Source of the DNA: Felis catus
Taxonomy: Eukaryota
Assembly: GCF_018350175.1 (NCBI RefSeq)
Contig: NC_058368.1
Coordinates: forward strand, 226,116,001 to 226,180,000
DNA: 64,000 bases
Direction: 5' to 3'
The first letter of the stretch is position 1. The number at the start of each line of letters is the position of its first letter. Both the position numbers and the translations under genes were made by a program. Shown piece by piece: positions 24,961 through 37,114 of the stretch. The notes under the pieces are model-generated. The model had not been told where the DNA came from. It ran no database searches and saw only the letters and a program-made list of their open reading frames with translations.

Positions 24961-25962
24961 CAACTCAGCGGCAGCTACCTGGGTTCCCTTTTCCCTTTCT
25001 GTCAAGGCAAATGAGAATGTCCCGTTGGCGAACGCAGGGTTTAATTGGGTCTGCACTTAATTTTTCCTACCTGGTTTTACAGTTACACATTCCTCAGGTG
25101 CCTTAATGATAATGTCATAAGTATCTCCTTTGTGAATTGCTACATGGATTTTGGTTTATAGATAGAAACAAATCCTTTTTCCACACATGCCTACGGAGGC
25201 AGAGAGTCTTAGAATACAAACTGGGGGTGAGTCACGTCAAAACCAAAAAGGGCAGGGGCTTTACATATTGCAAATTATGTTGACTCACTGATGTGAAAAG
25301 CATGTCACAGTGTTCAGAAGAGAAATAGGAATGTATTTTGACCTTGCGAAAGAAAGGGTATTTAGCTAATAACTTCTTTTTTATTTTGTTAGAAACATAA
25401 TTCTAACATTATAAACTCCGTTAGAGGTACATGCAAACTTCTGTGAGAGCGATCATGGAGGCAGCAGGATAATATACCTCTTACAAAATGTGTGGTCTGA
25501 GGAAACATTAGGTTTAGTATTTTTAAAAGTAAGGAAATTGCGTAAGAATCTGCAGGCTTTCAGGAATATAGTGCCCTAAGTCAATATTTATGATGCTACA
25601 TTTAGAAAAAATAAAAGCATAACGCTATTGCAAGCTACTTTCAGGGATGCCATGCATTTCTTCTTTAGCAATGATTAAGAATAACTGCAGAGGAAATGCA
25701 TCTGACCATCCACTTAAAAGTTATTAAAGAGGTTTAATAGTACAGCTTTCCCCCAAGGGTATTGGGAGCTATATCTTGCAGACATTTTGTGTGTTGGTAG
25801 AACATTTATGTCATAACATCAAGCAATATCTTTGAAATAGTTTTAAGATTGTAGTTTCATTCCCATCAGAAGTATAAAAATTTAATTTAATTTTCTCATG
25901 TAGATTGATGCTTGTATCCATCTGGGTAAATGGCTTTGAAAGAAAAGAAAGCAAGTGTTAGG

Positions 25963-25993
<31 letters not shown>

Positions 25994-26042
25994 TAAGTAG
26001 AGGCACAAGTACAGATATTCACCTGAGGTGTTATCTTTTCAG
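24813..26042 (+). other. MARCHF11: MARCHF11 intron 1 (GT-AG, 1230 nt)
   Basis: GTAAGG...TTTTCAG between in-frame exons. Confidence 0.93.
25962..25994 (+). repeat. (GTTTT)n simple repeat
   Basis: Directly visible, ~50 nt upstream of the exon 2 acceptor. Confidence 0.9.
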
Positions 26043-26198
26043 GGGGAGTTGTTAAATCCCTGCCGATGTGACGGATCCGTTCGGTACACACATCAGCTGT
26101 GCCTGCTGAAATGGATCAGTGAGAGGGGTTCCTGGACCTGTGAGCTCTGCTGTTACAGATACCATGTCATAGCCATTAAAATGAAACAGCCTTGCCAG
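26043..26198 (+). CDS. MARCHF11: MARCHF11 coding exon 2 (remainder of C4HC3 RING-CH domain)
   Basis: TTTTCAG| acceptor. 156 nt = [61 protein letters not shown] donor. Joins exon 1 in frame to complete the RING-CH motif. Confidence 0.97.
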
Positions 26199-28594
26199 GT
26201 AAACATCGGTGACATTTCTTTTTCCTGAAATGATCTTGCTAAACATGTGTGCACTTGAGTTTAGTCATTATGAAGGATACCGACATAATGCTACTCAAAA
26301 ACATTTTATGCAAATCAAAATAAAACCAAGATGAAGAATTTGTTGAGTTGGGCTTTGAAAAATCTGTGACACTTTTTAATCTGAGGAACTCAAGAGACAT
26401 TTTATTCAAATGGTTTCCATTATTAATTTGTTGCTCTTCGATAAAATGATACCCATCTTTGCTTCTAAAAGGACAGGTTGGTAAACTGTGAAATACTTCA
26501 GTTAAATCGATTTTATTAATTGGACATGTTACACTATTTTTATAATATTTTGTTAATTGAAGCTTTGAAGCCATGAATGGGCCTCATTGATGGAAAACAC
26601 ATGCATGTAAAGTAAAACTTTACTAGTCTGGAAACTTCAGTTGAGTCTTTTAGTTTTAATCTGAAAACTAGGCTCTTCACTTAACTAGGTTCTTTTTTGT
26701 ATGATGTTACATTTAGAAGCTTTGGCTACTTTAATCATTTGTTGTGTTCAAGTACATAGTGGATTCAGAGGTATTGCCAACAGTTACTCTCAATAATACC
26801 ACTGAAATTGTGTATATTCTTAAACTTTTTGTGTATAATCACCTAAAACACAATTGCCATAACCCTACAAATGCCCTTGGAAAAATAGGCTTTCATTTTT
26901 TTATGGTGGGGCTGATTCAGGTTCTTTGAATCGATCAGTGGGATGTAAAATTGAAAATATTAAAAATGATGTATTAAATTAATGCAGAATAGTGTGTGAC
27001 TGATGAGATCTGGTAGTAACCTGGAGCTGAAGTTAGGCAGACATAAAAGTGGAGATTCAAAACGGAGACAAAGGAAGGAAGACAAATGGAAGGAAGAGGG
27101 AAAAGGAAAAGTTAGGAGGGGAAGAAAGTCATAAAATCTCTCTATTTCTGCTTACATCAACAAATGCAGCTTGCATTGAATAATATACAATAAGTGAGAC
27201 TGTTAGTGATCGCAGGGGGACCTGGAAGCTGATATACAACTGCATTCATAATTTAAATTTCATAGATTTTAATTTGTGCATCCTTCGTATGGTTTGCAAT
27301 TAATTTGCATCTCTGATAGTCACCATTTAAAGCATGATTAGCAGGCATGAAATGAAAATATGAATTTTTTCAAGTTGACCTGAGGCTTATAAATAATTTG
27401 GAAAGAAGAGTAACTAATGTGGAGGAGTGATGTTATCGTGCTGAAGATAGGCACAAACCTAACACATTTTCCCAGAACCTCTAATTGATTGAACTACTTG
27501 GGTATCAATTTATGGATATATCGTAGCTGTCTTGAAAAACACACATGGAACCGTGTCCAGATACAAGGATAAGAGTCGTATAATTGGATCGGCAATAATT
27601 CTATGACTAGAAACATGGGGGAGATGGGAAAGGGGCAGCTTTGGGGCTCCAGTGAAAAAGTCCCATGAGAAGTACCATGGCCAGATGTTCAGGAGCTCAA
27701 ACAGAATGCTAAGTATTTAAAGAACTTATGGCTACTATATCTTAATTCACGCGGGATGATTAATTTTGAAGTAAATAGAAGTAGGTCCTTGATGTAATTT
27801 TAAAATACAGAAGAGACAAAGGGCTAGGACAAAAAAATACTGCTTACTAATTCTATAGCAAAACGAAGTGATTGCTACTATGTTTTGTTTCATTCATAAA
27901 AGGAACCATTCAGTGTCATTTTAACAAAAGCAGTTCCTCAAAATGTGTATATGATATGAAATCAAAACAACAACAAAACCAACGAAAACCCCAAACCAAA
28001 ATGAACCCAGTGTTACTAATACACTAGAACTAATTTTATTACGACACATGCGGATACTGCCCTGCTCTGCAACCTGACCTGTTTGGTAGAGTTAACGACC
28101 AAATAATATTTAGAAACAAAGTTGATATAAGTCTGATAATGATAGCGCAGAACATGCCTGAGAAATAGCCCTCCAGGACTATGTCATATGCATATAAAGC
28201 TCAGTGCTCTTAATGAGTGGAAATCAGTTATAAAGTTCCTACAGTGTGGATTCTTCTACCTAGGAGCAGGTTATTCTCAGATAAAGTTTTATTAATCGTC
28301 TGACATTTCTGTTACGGATGACCTACAAACTGAGCATTTACTCTGATTTTTGGTTTTCTCCCTTGCTGGTGTGAGGCCGATCAGATTTAGCATTTATCAC
28401 ATTCATGCTTTTATGACCTGGCAGAAATCCATTTCTTCATGGTGTAGGATCAAACAGGAAGTATGCTGTGGCACTCCTCTTCTTTCCACATCCGTCTCAG
28501 TATGGAAGGTTACGTATGTCTTAAGTATAGAGCCCTCTGTAGCTGTGAGTGGGTGGTTCCTTGGATGTAGAACAGAAGAGAGAATAAATAATAA

Positions 28595-28845
28595 TATTAA
28601 TAGAGAACATTTGCTGAACACTTACTCTGTGCCAGGCACTGTTCTAAGTGCTTTACATATGCTGATACTGATATTTAATCTTCCTACGAGGTAGGGAAAA
28701 GTATTATCTCTGTTTTACACAAATGAAAACTGAGACACAGAAAAGTTATATAACTTCTACTAGGTACATATCTAATCAAAGGCCAGGATTCAGATTTAGT
28801 CAGGCTGGCTCTAAGGTCCATGGTCTTACTCACCACGTCGCATAT
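28595..28845 (-). mobile_element. MIR, near full length
   Basis: CACTTACTCTGTGCCAGGCACTGTTCTAAGTGCTTTACAT...ATGAAAACTGAGACACAGA. Confidence 0.9.
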
Positions 28846-28954
28846 TGGAAAGTGTTCTCAATTCCATCATGGCCATTTCTGGGCCTATCATGGCTTATCC
28901 TGTGTTATGCTGAGTCCATCAGGAACTGGTTTTTAGCCTGGGTCTCTAACATGG

Positions 28955-29436
28955 TGTAGAAAGGCTTTGACTACTTGTTGTTGCATAACAAAGCACCCCA
29001 AATACTTAATAGTTTAAACAACAATCACATTATCTCTTCAGAGTCTGGGTTGATCGAAGTCAGCTCATAGGTTCTTCTCCATGTGTGGTGTCAATCTGGA
29101 GCTGTAGTCATCCAGAGGTTTGACTAGAGTGGAACATCCAAGGTGGCTCACTTATGTGACTTGTTCTTGGTGCTGACTGTTGGCTGGAAGCTCATTAGGG
29201 GCTGTCACCTGGCACCTCGGTTCTCTTTCCACGTGACTTGGATTTTTCACAGTACGTTGTTGAGTTCCAAGCGCATGAAAGCAGAAGTTACAGATCGCTT
29301 AAGTACAGTTTCGTGTATGTTGTATTCTCTTGATTAAAGCAAGTCACAGGACCAACCCACATTCAGAGGAGGGAAAATAGACTCCGCCTTTGGAGTCTGT
29401 CCTTCTTTTAAAGAGGGTGGCTATCTTTAATCCACA
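28955..29436 (-). mobile_element. MaLR LTR (MLT1H/I-like)
   Basis: GCATAACAAAGCACCCCAAA..., CATCCAAGGTGGCTCAC, AAAGCAAGTCACAGG. Confidence 0.8.
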
Positions 29437-30339
29437 ATAAAAGATAGTTTCTAAAATGGCTCTAACTACCCTGGTCTCTGTATTAAGTACTCACTAGGCC
29501 CAGATAGGTCCACAGGTACCATCATAACTCCCCTCCCAGGGCTCAGAAATAAAAAACAAGCTTGAAAAAATGTATAGGAGGTTGACTCATCAGTGATGCT
29601 CGATGCAGACCCCCAAGCACTTCCAGAAATGATTATTACCATGAGGTACCTCCTGGTGCTCAGAGGAATATGGGGGCCGAGAAGGGAAAAGAATAGCTAA
29701 CCAGAAGCAGGTGTATGTGCGAGGGAAACATGTTGCAGTGAGTCTAGAACTTTCGTTTTACTTGTTTTCCTCATTGAGATTAGAATTCTTTGAGAATTTG
29801 GGTCTAAAACTCTCCATTCCATTGGGTTTTAGCGATTCTCAGCAACATGACCCAGTAGAAAACGGATGTATCCTCTAAACATATTTAAGCCTTAATTGCT
29901 GTATCATTAGCAGTGGAGTTAATTAAGACATTCCAAGTAATTAACATGCATTTACCCTCCTACCTACTTGCAGAATCTATTTTATTGATTAGCATATTCA
30001 AGATGACGCATTAATAATATTCTAAGAGTAAAAGCTAATTGTTTTGAATCTCATACTATGGTATAAAATTAGTGGAATCTAAGGACATATAAGATCGATT
30101 TTATCTTGAGATGCTGGTGACATTAACTAATTAAGCTATATTCAAGGTTCTGAATTCTTTCAGTGCTTTTTGCAAGGAATATGGACGGTTGAAGAGATAA
30201 CATTTATTTGGTAACATATTGTAGGAGAATCTTAAGACTTGTTATAAAAGACCTCACTCCTTAAACATAGGAAAATACACTAGAAATGGAAGGTACCTGG
30301 GACAAATTACTTAACTCTTTGTGCCTCAGTTAACTCATT

Positions 30340-30433
30340 TTTTAAAAAGTCGTCTCTGTACCCAATGTGGGCTAGAACGCACAACCCTGAGATCAAGAGT
30401 CATAGGCTTTACGACTGAGCCAGCTAGGTGCCC
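30340..30433 (-). mobile_element. Short tRNA-like Can-SINE
   Basis: ACCCTGAGATCAAGAGTC, flanking CTCAGTTAA.TCAT. Confidence 0.85.
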
Positions 30434-30556
30434 TCAGTTAAGTCATCTTTAATAGATCATAATGGCATCTATTTTATCCATTATTTTGAAGACCAAATAC
30501 ATAAATATGTGTAAAGTGCTAAGAATAGTGCCCAGTACATAGTAGGTACCATTTTA

Positions 30557-30606
30557 TTTTATTTTATTTTATTTTATTTTATTTTATATTTTATTTTATT
30601 TTATTT

Positions 30607-30643
<37 letters not shown>

Positions 30644-30845
30644 ACGTTTATTTATTTTTGAGACAGAGAGAGACAGAGCATGAACGGGGGAGGGGCAGAG
30701 AGAGAGGGAGACACAGAATCTGAAACAGGCCTCGGGCTCGGAGCTGTCAGCACAGAGCCTGACGCGGGGCTCGAACTCACGGACCGCGAGATCATGGCCT
30801 GAGCCGAAGTCCGACGCTTAACCGACTGAGCCACCCAGGCGCCCC
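30557..30845 (-). mobile_element. Can-SINE with expanded (TTTTA)n/(TTTA)n tail
   Basis: TSD AGTAGGTACCATTTTA at 30541-30556 and 30846-30861. Confidence 0.96.
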
Positions 30846-32946
30846 AGTAGGTACCATTTTAATGTTAGCTTTGATTATTATGACTTGGTCATTCAGCTAA
30901 CAGATGGGGACCTTCAGTCACTCACAGGTCCCTGTTGTTTGCTTCAATCTCTTGTCACCAAAATGAAGTTAATGACTTCTCTTTCCATATCACTCTTTAT
31001 CCCTGGATGTTGACACCCCACTTTTTCTTCGAGAGCACATCTCGGTGTCTAAACAAATTTATTTTTGTACACAATGAATAAACAGCATTTTAAGAATCAG
31101 GTGTTATGCTATATAACAATCTCAGCACACAAGGGCGTATGTGCTCCAGAGATAATGTCCCTCCCCGTGGGTCCTTATTGGAGTCTACTCATAATCGGGA
31201 GTTATGAGATGCTTCCACAGGTGGCCAGGCACAGACTAGTGCGATTCAGTTTCTCAGGCGTCATTTGTTTATACTTTGGAAATGCCCCTACTGAGTGGGG
31301 TGTGCCTGTGAGCAAGAGGAGGTTGGAGAAGCCCCAGAGATCCCTGGGGGGCAATCACAAAGAGGCACAGGCAGTTGGCTGAGCGTCAGTCAGTGAATGG
31401 TGGTGCCCATCAGCTTTCCTTCTCCCCCCTTACTTCAAGTACCAAAGGAAAGGGCGAGGAAGGAACTTGCCTCGGACAGTGTTGAGAGTTGCATGGGGGC
31501 CATATACCTTTGTGAATATTAGGCCCCTGGACATTTTTACTAGCCTGTAACATTTTTTTCTCAGCATTCCCCTTACTGCTTTGCCTTTCAACACTCAGTG
31601 TGCTGTCAGCAACAGGTCTTCTCATAGCAGTAAGAATGACTCAAAGTCTCCTAGGAGGGAGAACGACTTGAGAGCAGTTTTCATTTCTACCCATATTCTC
31701 AAAACCCCGGGGCTCATCATGACAGTTTTGAATTAGAGAGGAAGTTGGCACCAGGTGGGTCCCTCTTGGCTAATGTTCCGGACCTTATTTGTACAGCGTT
31801 TATAGAACCTTAACTTCTCGAGGACTCTGTGGTCGTTATTTTCCCGAGTGGGGCTGTGTCACGGGAGGGGTGGTCTACCTTCAGAAGTGATGCAGTCATT
31901 CTCGTGATGTAGCTGACACCACAGCAGGAGAAGTTGACAAGTTATTATAGAAAATCAAGTGTGATTTTGAACATGTAGTAAGAAGACATCAGAGCATGAA
32001 CTGTGTCGCTTTTGCATGCTGTCATTTGAAACGCTTCAAAATACTTCAAAATACTTCAAGGCATTTTCCTTTTATGGGTTAAAAATGTCTGCATACATAC
32101 CACCTGGCTGACATGGTGAACCGCCCTTTCTCTGGTTTTCTCTAACCCCTGCTCTCTTACTAACATTCGCTGCGGGCTTAATAGCAAATGGCAAGCTGAG
32201 GAGAAGCTTTTCGTTACCATGCCTGAACAACTGAGAAACAGCGTTAAAATGTAATATTTAAATGCATATGTTGGCATATTTTATAGGTAATTAAAAATGT
32301 CAAAATAAACAAAGAACACATCATGAGGCAATTTGCTCGCCTTTGAAATTATTTTTGTTCCATTTGCTTACGAATTCTCAAAACACATGAATCTTCATTT
32401 TACTCACTGGAACAGATTAATGATTCTCTGCTGAATAAAATATGTAAATTATACTTTGTGTACTACTTATAAGCCATCTTATTTATTGTATAGGCCACGT
32501 GTACACTGATGTTACAATTTGTCTCAAGGCCGGATGCTTCTGAGATGGCAGTCAAACAGATGGAGTCCATTGAGGCATCTTGTGCTGGTGTTGACCTTTA
32601 CCCTTTACCAAAAGAGGACTGGGATGATGTTGCCCGGATGGTGGTACTTTCCAGAACTGTCTTCTATACCCGTTTGCTTTTCTACACTTCCTAGCTCTGG
32701 TTAAGTGTATTTCTATTTTGACACCTCTCTCTTCTTCACTTTCTTGGCCCCTCCCCAGTTGCCCTTGGAAGAGGAACATCCCCCCCCCCCCCCCCCACCG
32801 CCGCTGCCAACCTGGGGTGGAACTGGGCAGACTTTTTGGTTAAAGCAACTTACGGTGGCAAGAAAATTGGGTAGTGGTTGGGTAGAGGAACCTTGCAATG
32901 GCTCCAGAATGTCTTCACTTGATAACATTAATCTTGGTACGTAAAC

Positions 32947-33284
32947 CAGAGGTCAGCAAATCTGTTCCGTAAAGGTCCAGACAGTAAACTTTAGGCTCTG
33001 AGGGCATAAAATATTATGGTTACTGTCCTAGCACGAAAGCAGTCATAACCATCGCGTAAAGGAATGAGCGTGTCTGTGTCCCAGTGAATCTTCACTTGTA
33101 GACCTTGGAAGTTGAATTTCACATAATCTTAACATGTCAGGAAATAAGATCCTTCTTTTGTCTCCCCCACCCCACCCCACACCGCAGCGATTTCAAACGT
33201 AAACACTTGTGGGCACCACAGAAAGAGGTGGATTACCAGCTGGATTGAGCCCACATGGGTTTGACAGTAGTTTGCCAACCCCCA
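32947..33284. mobile_element. MER58B-like hAT-Charlie MITE
   Basis: TIRs CAGAGGTCAGCAAA...TTTGCCAACCCCCA, degenerate 8-bp TSD (..TAAAC). Confidence 0.85.
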
Positions 33285-35476
33285 GTTTAAACAAATTAAG
33301 TATCAACATGGACTTCGGTATTTTCTGACCTCTTAGAAAATGAGATGGGTGAAGTGTCCCCAGATTTTTATATGTTTCTTTGTAATTTTGAGTGAAATCA
33401 TCATACACTTATATCATTCAGAAAATGGTGGGACTGTATCTCCATAACAAAATGCTATCAACTTTACACTAAATATTAAAACCATTGTTTCTTCCGAACA
33501 GTTTCTTGGTTGTATTGAACTCAAAGCCTCCATTTCCAGGAGCTGCTTCAGTTAAGTTAGAAGCAGAAGGCGGAGACATCCCAGAAGAAGCCCTCAGTGT
33601 CCCTGGAGTAGGCCACCTTCTTGTCCCTTTGAGTTGTAGAATGCATTTTGGAGAGTGCTCGCAGACCCATCCCTAAAGCAGGTCCTCCCAGGCTATCTGC
33701 AGCCCAACAGGTATGCTTAGAACACCCACTTTTGAATGTTTGAAAATGTTGTTGAGTTTGATTGGGGTTTCCAAGCCTGCCTTCTGGGAGGACAAGCTTA
33801 TCAGTGAGTGGGAGGGGTTTGGGAACAAATTCTGTAACACAGCTCAACAGAGTTTGGGAAAGCGTCTCTTTCTTGGTCGCTCTGTGGTCATTCAGTGGCT
33901 GTTTGAGTACGAATGAGTGAATGAATGAATGAACGAGTGTCTTAGTAGGATGAACAGAACCAGGGGGCCATGTTCCTATTTGTGCAGTGAGAATACATCT
34001 CAAGGAAAATGATCGAACGTGCGTTCGATGCTGGCACGTCAGCCATCTATTGGCTGTGAGTTTTCAGCTTGTTCTTAAGTTGCTTTTCTAACAATTCTCT
34101 TCTGAAGCTGTTCGAGCAAGTATGTTCAGTTCTTCAGACCACAGGAAAAAGCCTTGAGAGTAATACAGAGATCTATTTTTAAAAGCCTAAAATTGAAAGG
34201 AAAAAAAAAAAAAAACCCACAAAAGATTCCAGAGAGACATGTCTGCTCTTTTCACAAAATAAAATGTCATGAAAAAAGACTCTGTAAATGTGAAATTACC
34301 CATGTGTGACACACTTGCTTTCTTGAGGTTGTCACTGGTTGAAGGATTTCATCTAGCATTTGTTCAGAGAATCTGAATAATCTGCTGGAAATTTTGCTGT
34401 ATGATCATGGGTATAGATGAGCTGCTAAGAACGTCTACGTGGTACAACTCTTTTGGCGTGGAATCTGTCACCTGGCTAAAAACAAGGTGAATTTTTTTTT
34501 GTTTTTTGACAAACGGTTTGTACAGTTGTGATGTAACTCCAAAAGTGCTTTTCTACTGGTGAGAACAATACTCCAACACAGAGAGACACGGAGGAAGAGA
34601 ACAGACTCTTCTCCTTGCTCATTTCCTGCTTGGCACGTGGCTTTACTGTGATGTGACCAACTAGGCTCCCTTCTATTTTCGGACCCTGTAAGAGTAGAAT
34701 GGTGCGACTGAGGAAGGGGGAGTGTGCTTCTGACCGTTCGTAGCAGCAGGGAGTGGACGGGCAGGAGATAATCGCCTATAATTACACGTAAATGGATGGT
34801 AGTCCCTGGGGTCTCTCCAGGAAAAACTGCGCTGTGGCTTGTGCTTTCTGTGTCCTTGGATATTTGACCACATGGTCCCTGCCAGAGCGTAACTTACAAT
34901 TCAACAGCTGTTCTACATGACTTAGCCCGATGAGGTCCCGTGTAAGTAGAGGTGGATGGCGCCTCAGCACGAAGCAGCTCACGTAGGAAGACATGGCCCA
35001 AACCGGAAGCATTTCTATACAGGCAAAGCCCAGAAGAGAATTTACGGAGGATTTCTGTCCTTCCTCTTAGGTGTGGTATGCTCTGGGGACTAGCGTCTGA
35101 AAACCTGCTTTCTCTCCAGTGTTTATCTCTTCTATCAGTTCTCTTGGCTAAAACTTGGGCAGTGTGTTCTTATCATAATAATAGAGTTTCATTGCCTTCG
35201 TGTGCCCTTTGGTTTCCTTTCTCATTTTGGTATGCTAATTATGTGCAAGTGGCCAAAGCTTAACTTGGGCACAGGAGGCCCTCCCATATGCATCTAGCTC
35301 TTATTACAGGAACCCTCTGGGCGCTCCTTTGTTATATATGGACTTGATCTTGTGCCATGATACTCATTTGTGTCGTGACTCTGAGTTACAATATAGTTCA
35401 AATAAACAAGGAACTATTTCTTCAAGAAATTTATACAGGCTCTCCTTGGTTTGTTCAGCCTGTTAAAAAAAGATTT

Positions 35477-35508
35477 TGTTTTTATTATTTTTTTAATATT
35501 TATTTATT

Positions 35509-35542
<34 letters not shown>

Positions 35543-35708
35543 AAGTGGGGGAGGGGCAGAGAGAGAGGGGAGACACAGAATCCGAAGCAGGCTCCAAGCT
35601 CTGAGCCATCAGCACAGAGCCCTACTCAAGGCTTGAATTCAGGAGTTGTGAGATCATGACCTGAGCCAAAGTCGGACGCTCAACAGACTGAACCACCCAG
35701 GCGCCTCC
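35477..35708 (-). mobile_element. Can-SINE with (GA)n
   Basis: TSD AAAAAAGATTTT. Confidence 0.94.
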
Positions 35709-36189
35709 AAAAAAGATTTTTAAGAATGATAACCTCTCTCACAAGTATCAGGGATTTTTACTTATATTCTTGTTGAAAGAATATTCTAGAAGCCACAGGA
35801 GAGTACTTTTTTCTTTTCTCTCCCCCCGCCCCCCGCCACTCACTCCTCAGTATTAACTTCTTTTCTATGTTACATTTGCAATTTTTTTACATAAATATGT
35901 ATGTAAGGAATCTCTTATTAATTTAAAGAAAAAATAAAAAACATAAAATATTTATAGTAGAATAGAAAAAGAGCACAGGATTTACTAGGAATACATGGAA
36001 CATTCAGTAAATATTTGTTTCATGCTCATTCCATCTTTTTCTTATTTTCTTGACAACATTATCCCCTTACTTTTTTAGCGGAAGCTCCAGTCCTTTGGAG
36101 AGGAAGGGTTATCTATTCTTACCCACATTGTATCCCCTAGGATCAAGCATTCCCAAGCTCAAATCTGGAAGTTGAAAGAAAGTCCTTTT

Positions 36190-36421
36190 TTTTAAATTAA
36201 ATTAAATTAAATTAAATTTAATTTAATTTAATTTAATTTAATTTAATTTAGAGAAAGAGCACATGACAGCAGGGGAGGGTAGAGGGGGAGAGAGAAAATC
36301 TTAATCAGGCTCCACGCTCAGCACGGAGCCCAACATGGGACTCGATCCCATGGCCCTGGGATCATGACCGGAGCCAAAATCAAGAGTCAGACACTCAACT
36401 GACTGAACCACACAGGGGCTC
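36190..36421 (-). mobile_element. Can-SINE with palindromic AT tail
   Basis: Flanking TGGAAGTTGAAAG repeats. Confidence 0.9.
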
Positions 36422-37114
36422 ATGGAAGTTGAAAGGAAATCTTGGATGTAAAACCACCTTTTCATCCTTCTGAAACTGCTTTCTTGTACCCTTCATGAGG
36501 GCCTCTCAGTCCTGCTGCTAAGGCTTCTATTAAAGTCATTTTCAAATCTAGATAAGACTTCTCAGCAATTTAAGTAGTATAAAGAAATGAAAAAAAAATG
36601 CTAAGCCAACACGATTACAACTAATTGTGTCAAGATTTGTTGGGTACATTTGGATGACACGTGGTTCTTAGAATATGGTGGGAAAATTCTTGGATACTGA
36701 AACTTGTTTGACTAATTTGGTGAAACACATAACAATGGGTGACTAATCTCCCTACCTCCTGCCCACCTCTTCTCTCTGACCTGCACCCTACTGAGACTAA
36801 AGGTAGTATCTGTTACAGATAAGGACATTTGAGATAGAAACATGCTACTTTCATTTTGGACATGATTAAGCTCTACTATAGTAAACTTTAGGAGGAGAAA
36901 ACTAACCATTTCTTGAGTTGCTTGTAGGGAAAATTTCAATGCTAAGTGATGATGAATGTGTGGAGATTATTGATATAACAGGGCATAGCAATGGATTAAT
37001 ATGTGTATTTTTGGTCTAGAAGATGACTTTACTTGTGTCAAGGGGTAGCCTCAAAATATTTCATCTTTGTTATTTCTTACTAAGAATTATATAATTAATA
37101 CTTTCCTGTTGATT

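Larger units (their letters stand above)
30290..30875 (+). mobile_element. MIR split by two SINE insertions
   Basis: GGACAAATTACTTAACTCTTTGTGCCTCAGTT...GTAAAGTGCTAAGAATAGTGCCCAGTACATAGTAGG. Confidence 0.8.

Noticed and set aside
23276..25056. Long antisense ORFs (347, 310, 317 aa)
   Set aside because: Low-complexity G/R/A/P translations expected from stop-poor CpG-island DNA, with no domain signal
24813..25106. The 456-aa ORF continuing past exon 1
   Set aside because: Read-through of a strong GTAAGG donor. The RING motif is completed only by splicing to 26043.
32509..32694. ATG-initiated 61-aa ORF in intron 2
   Set aside because: No recognisable homology, splice context or pseudogene hallmarks. 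Length is consistent with chance.
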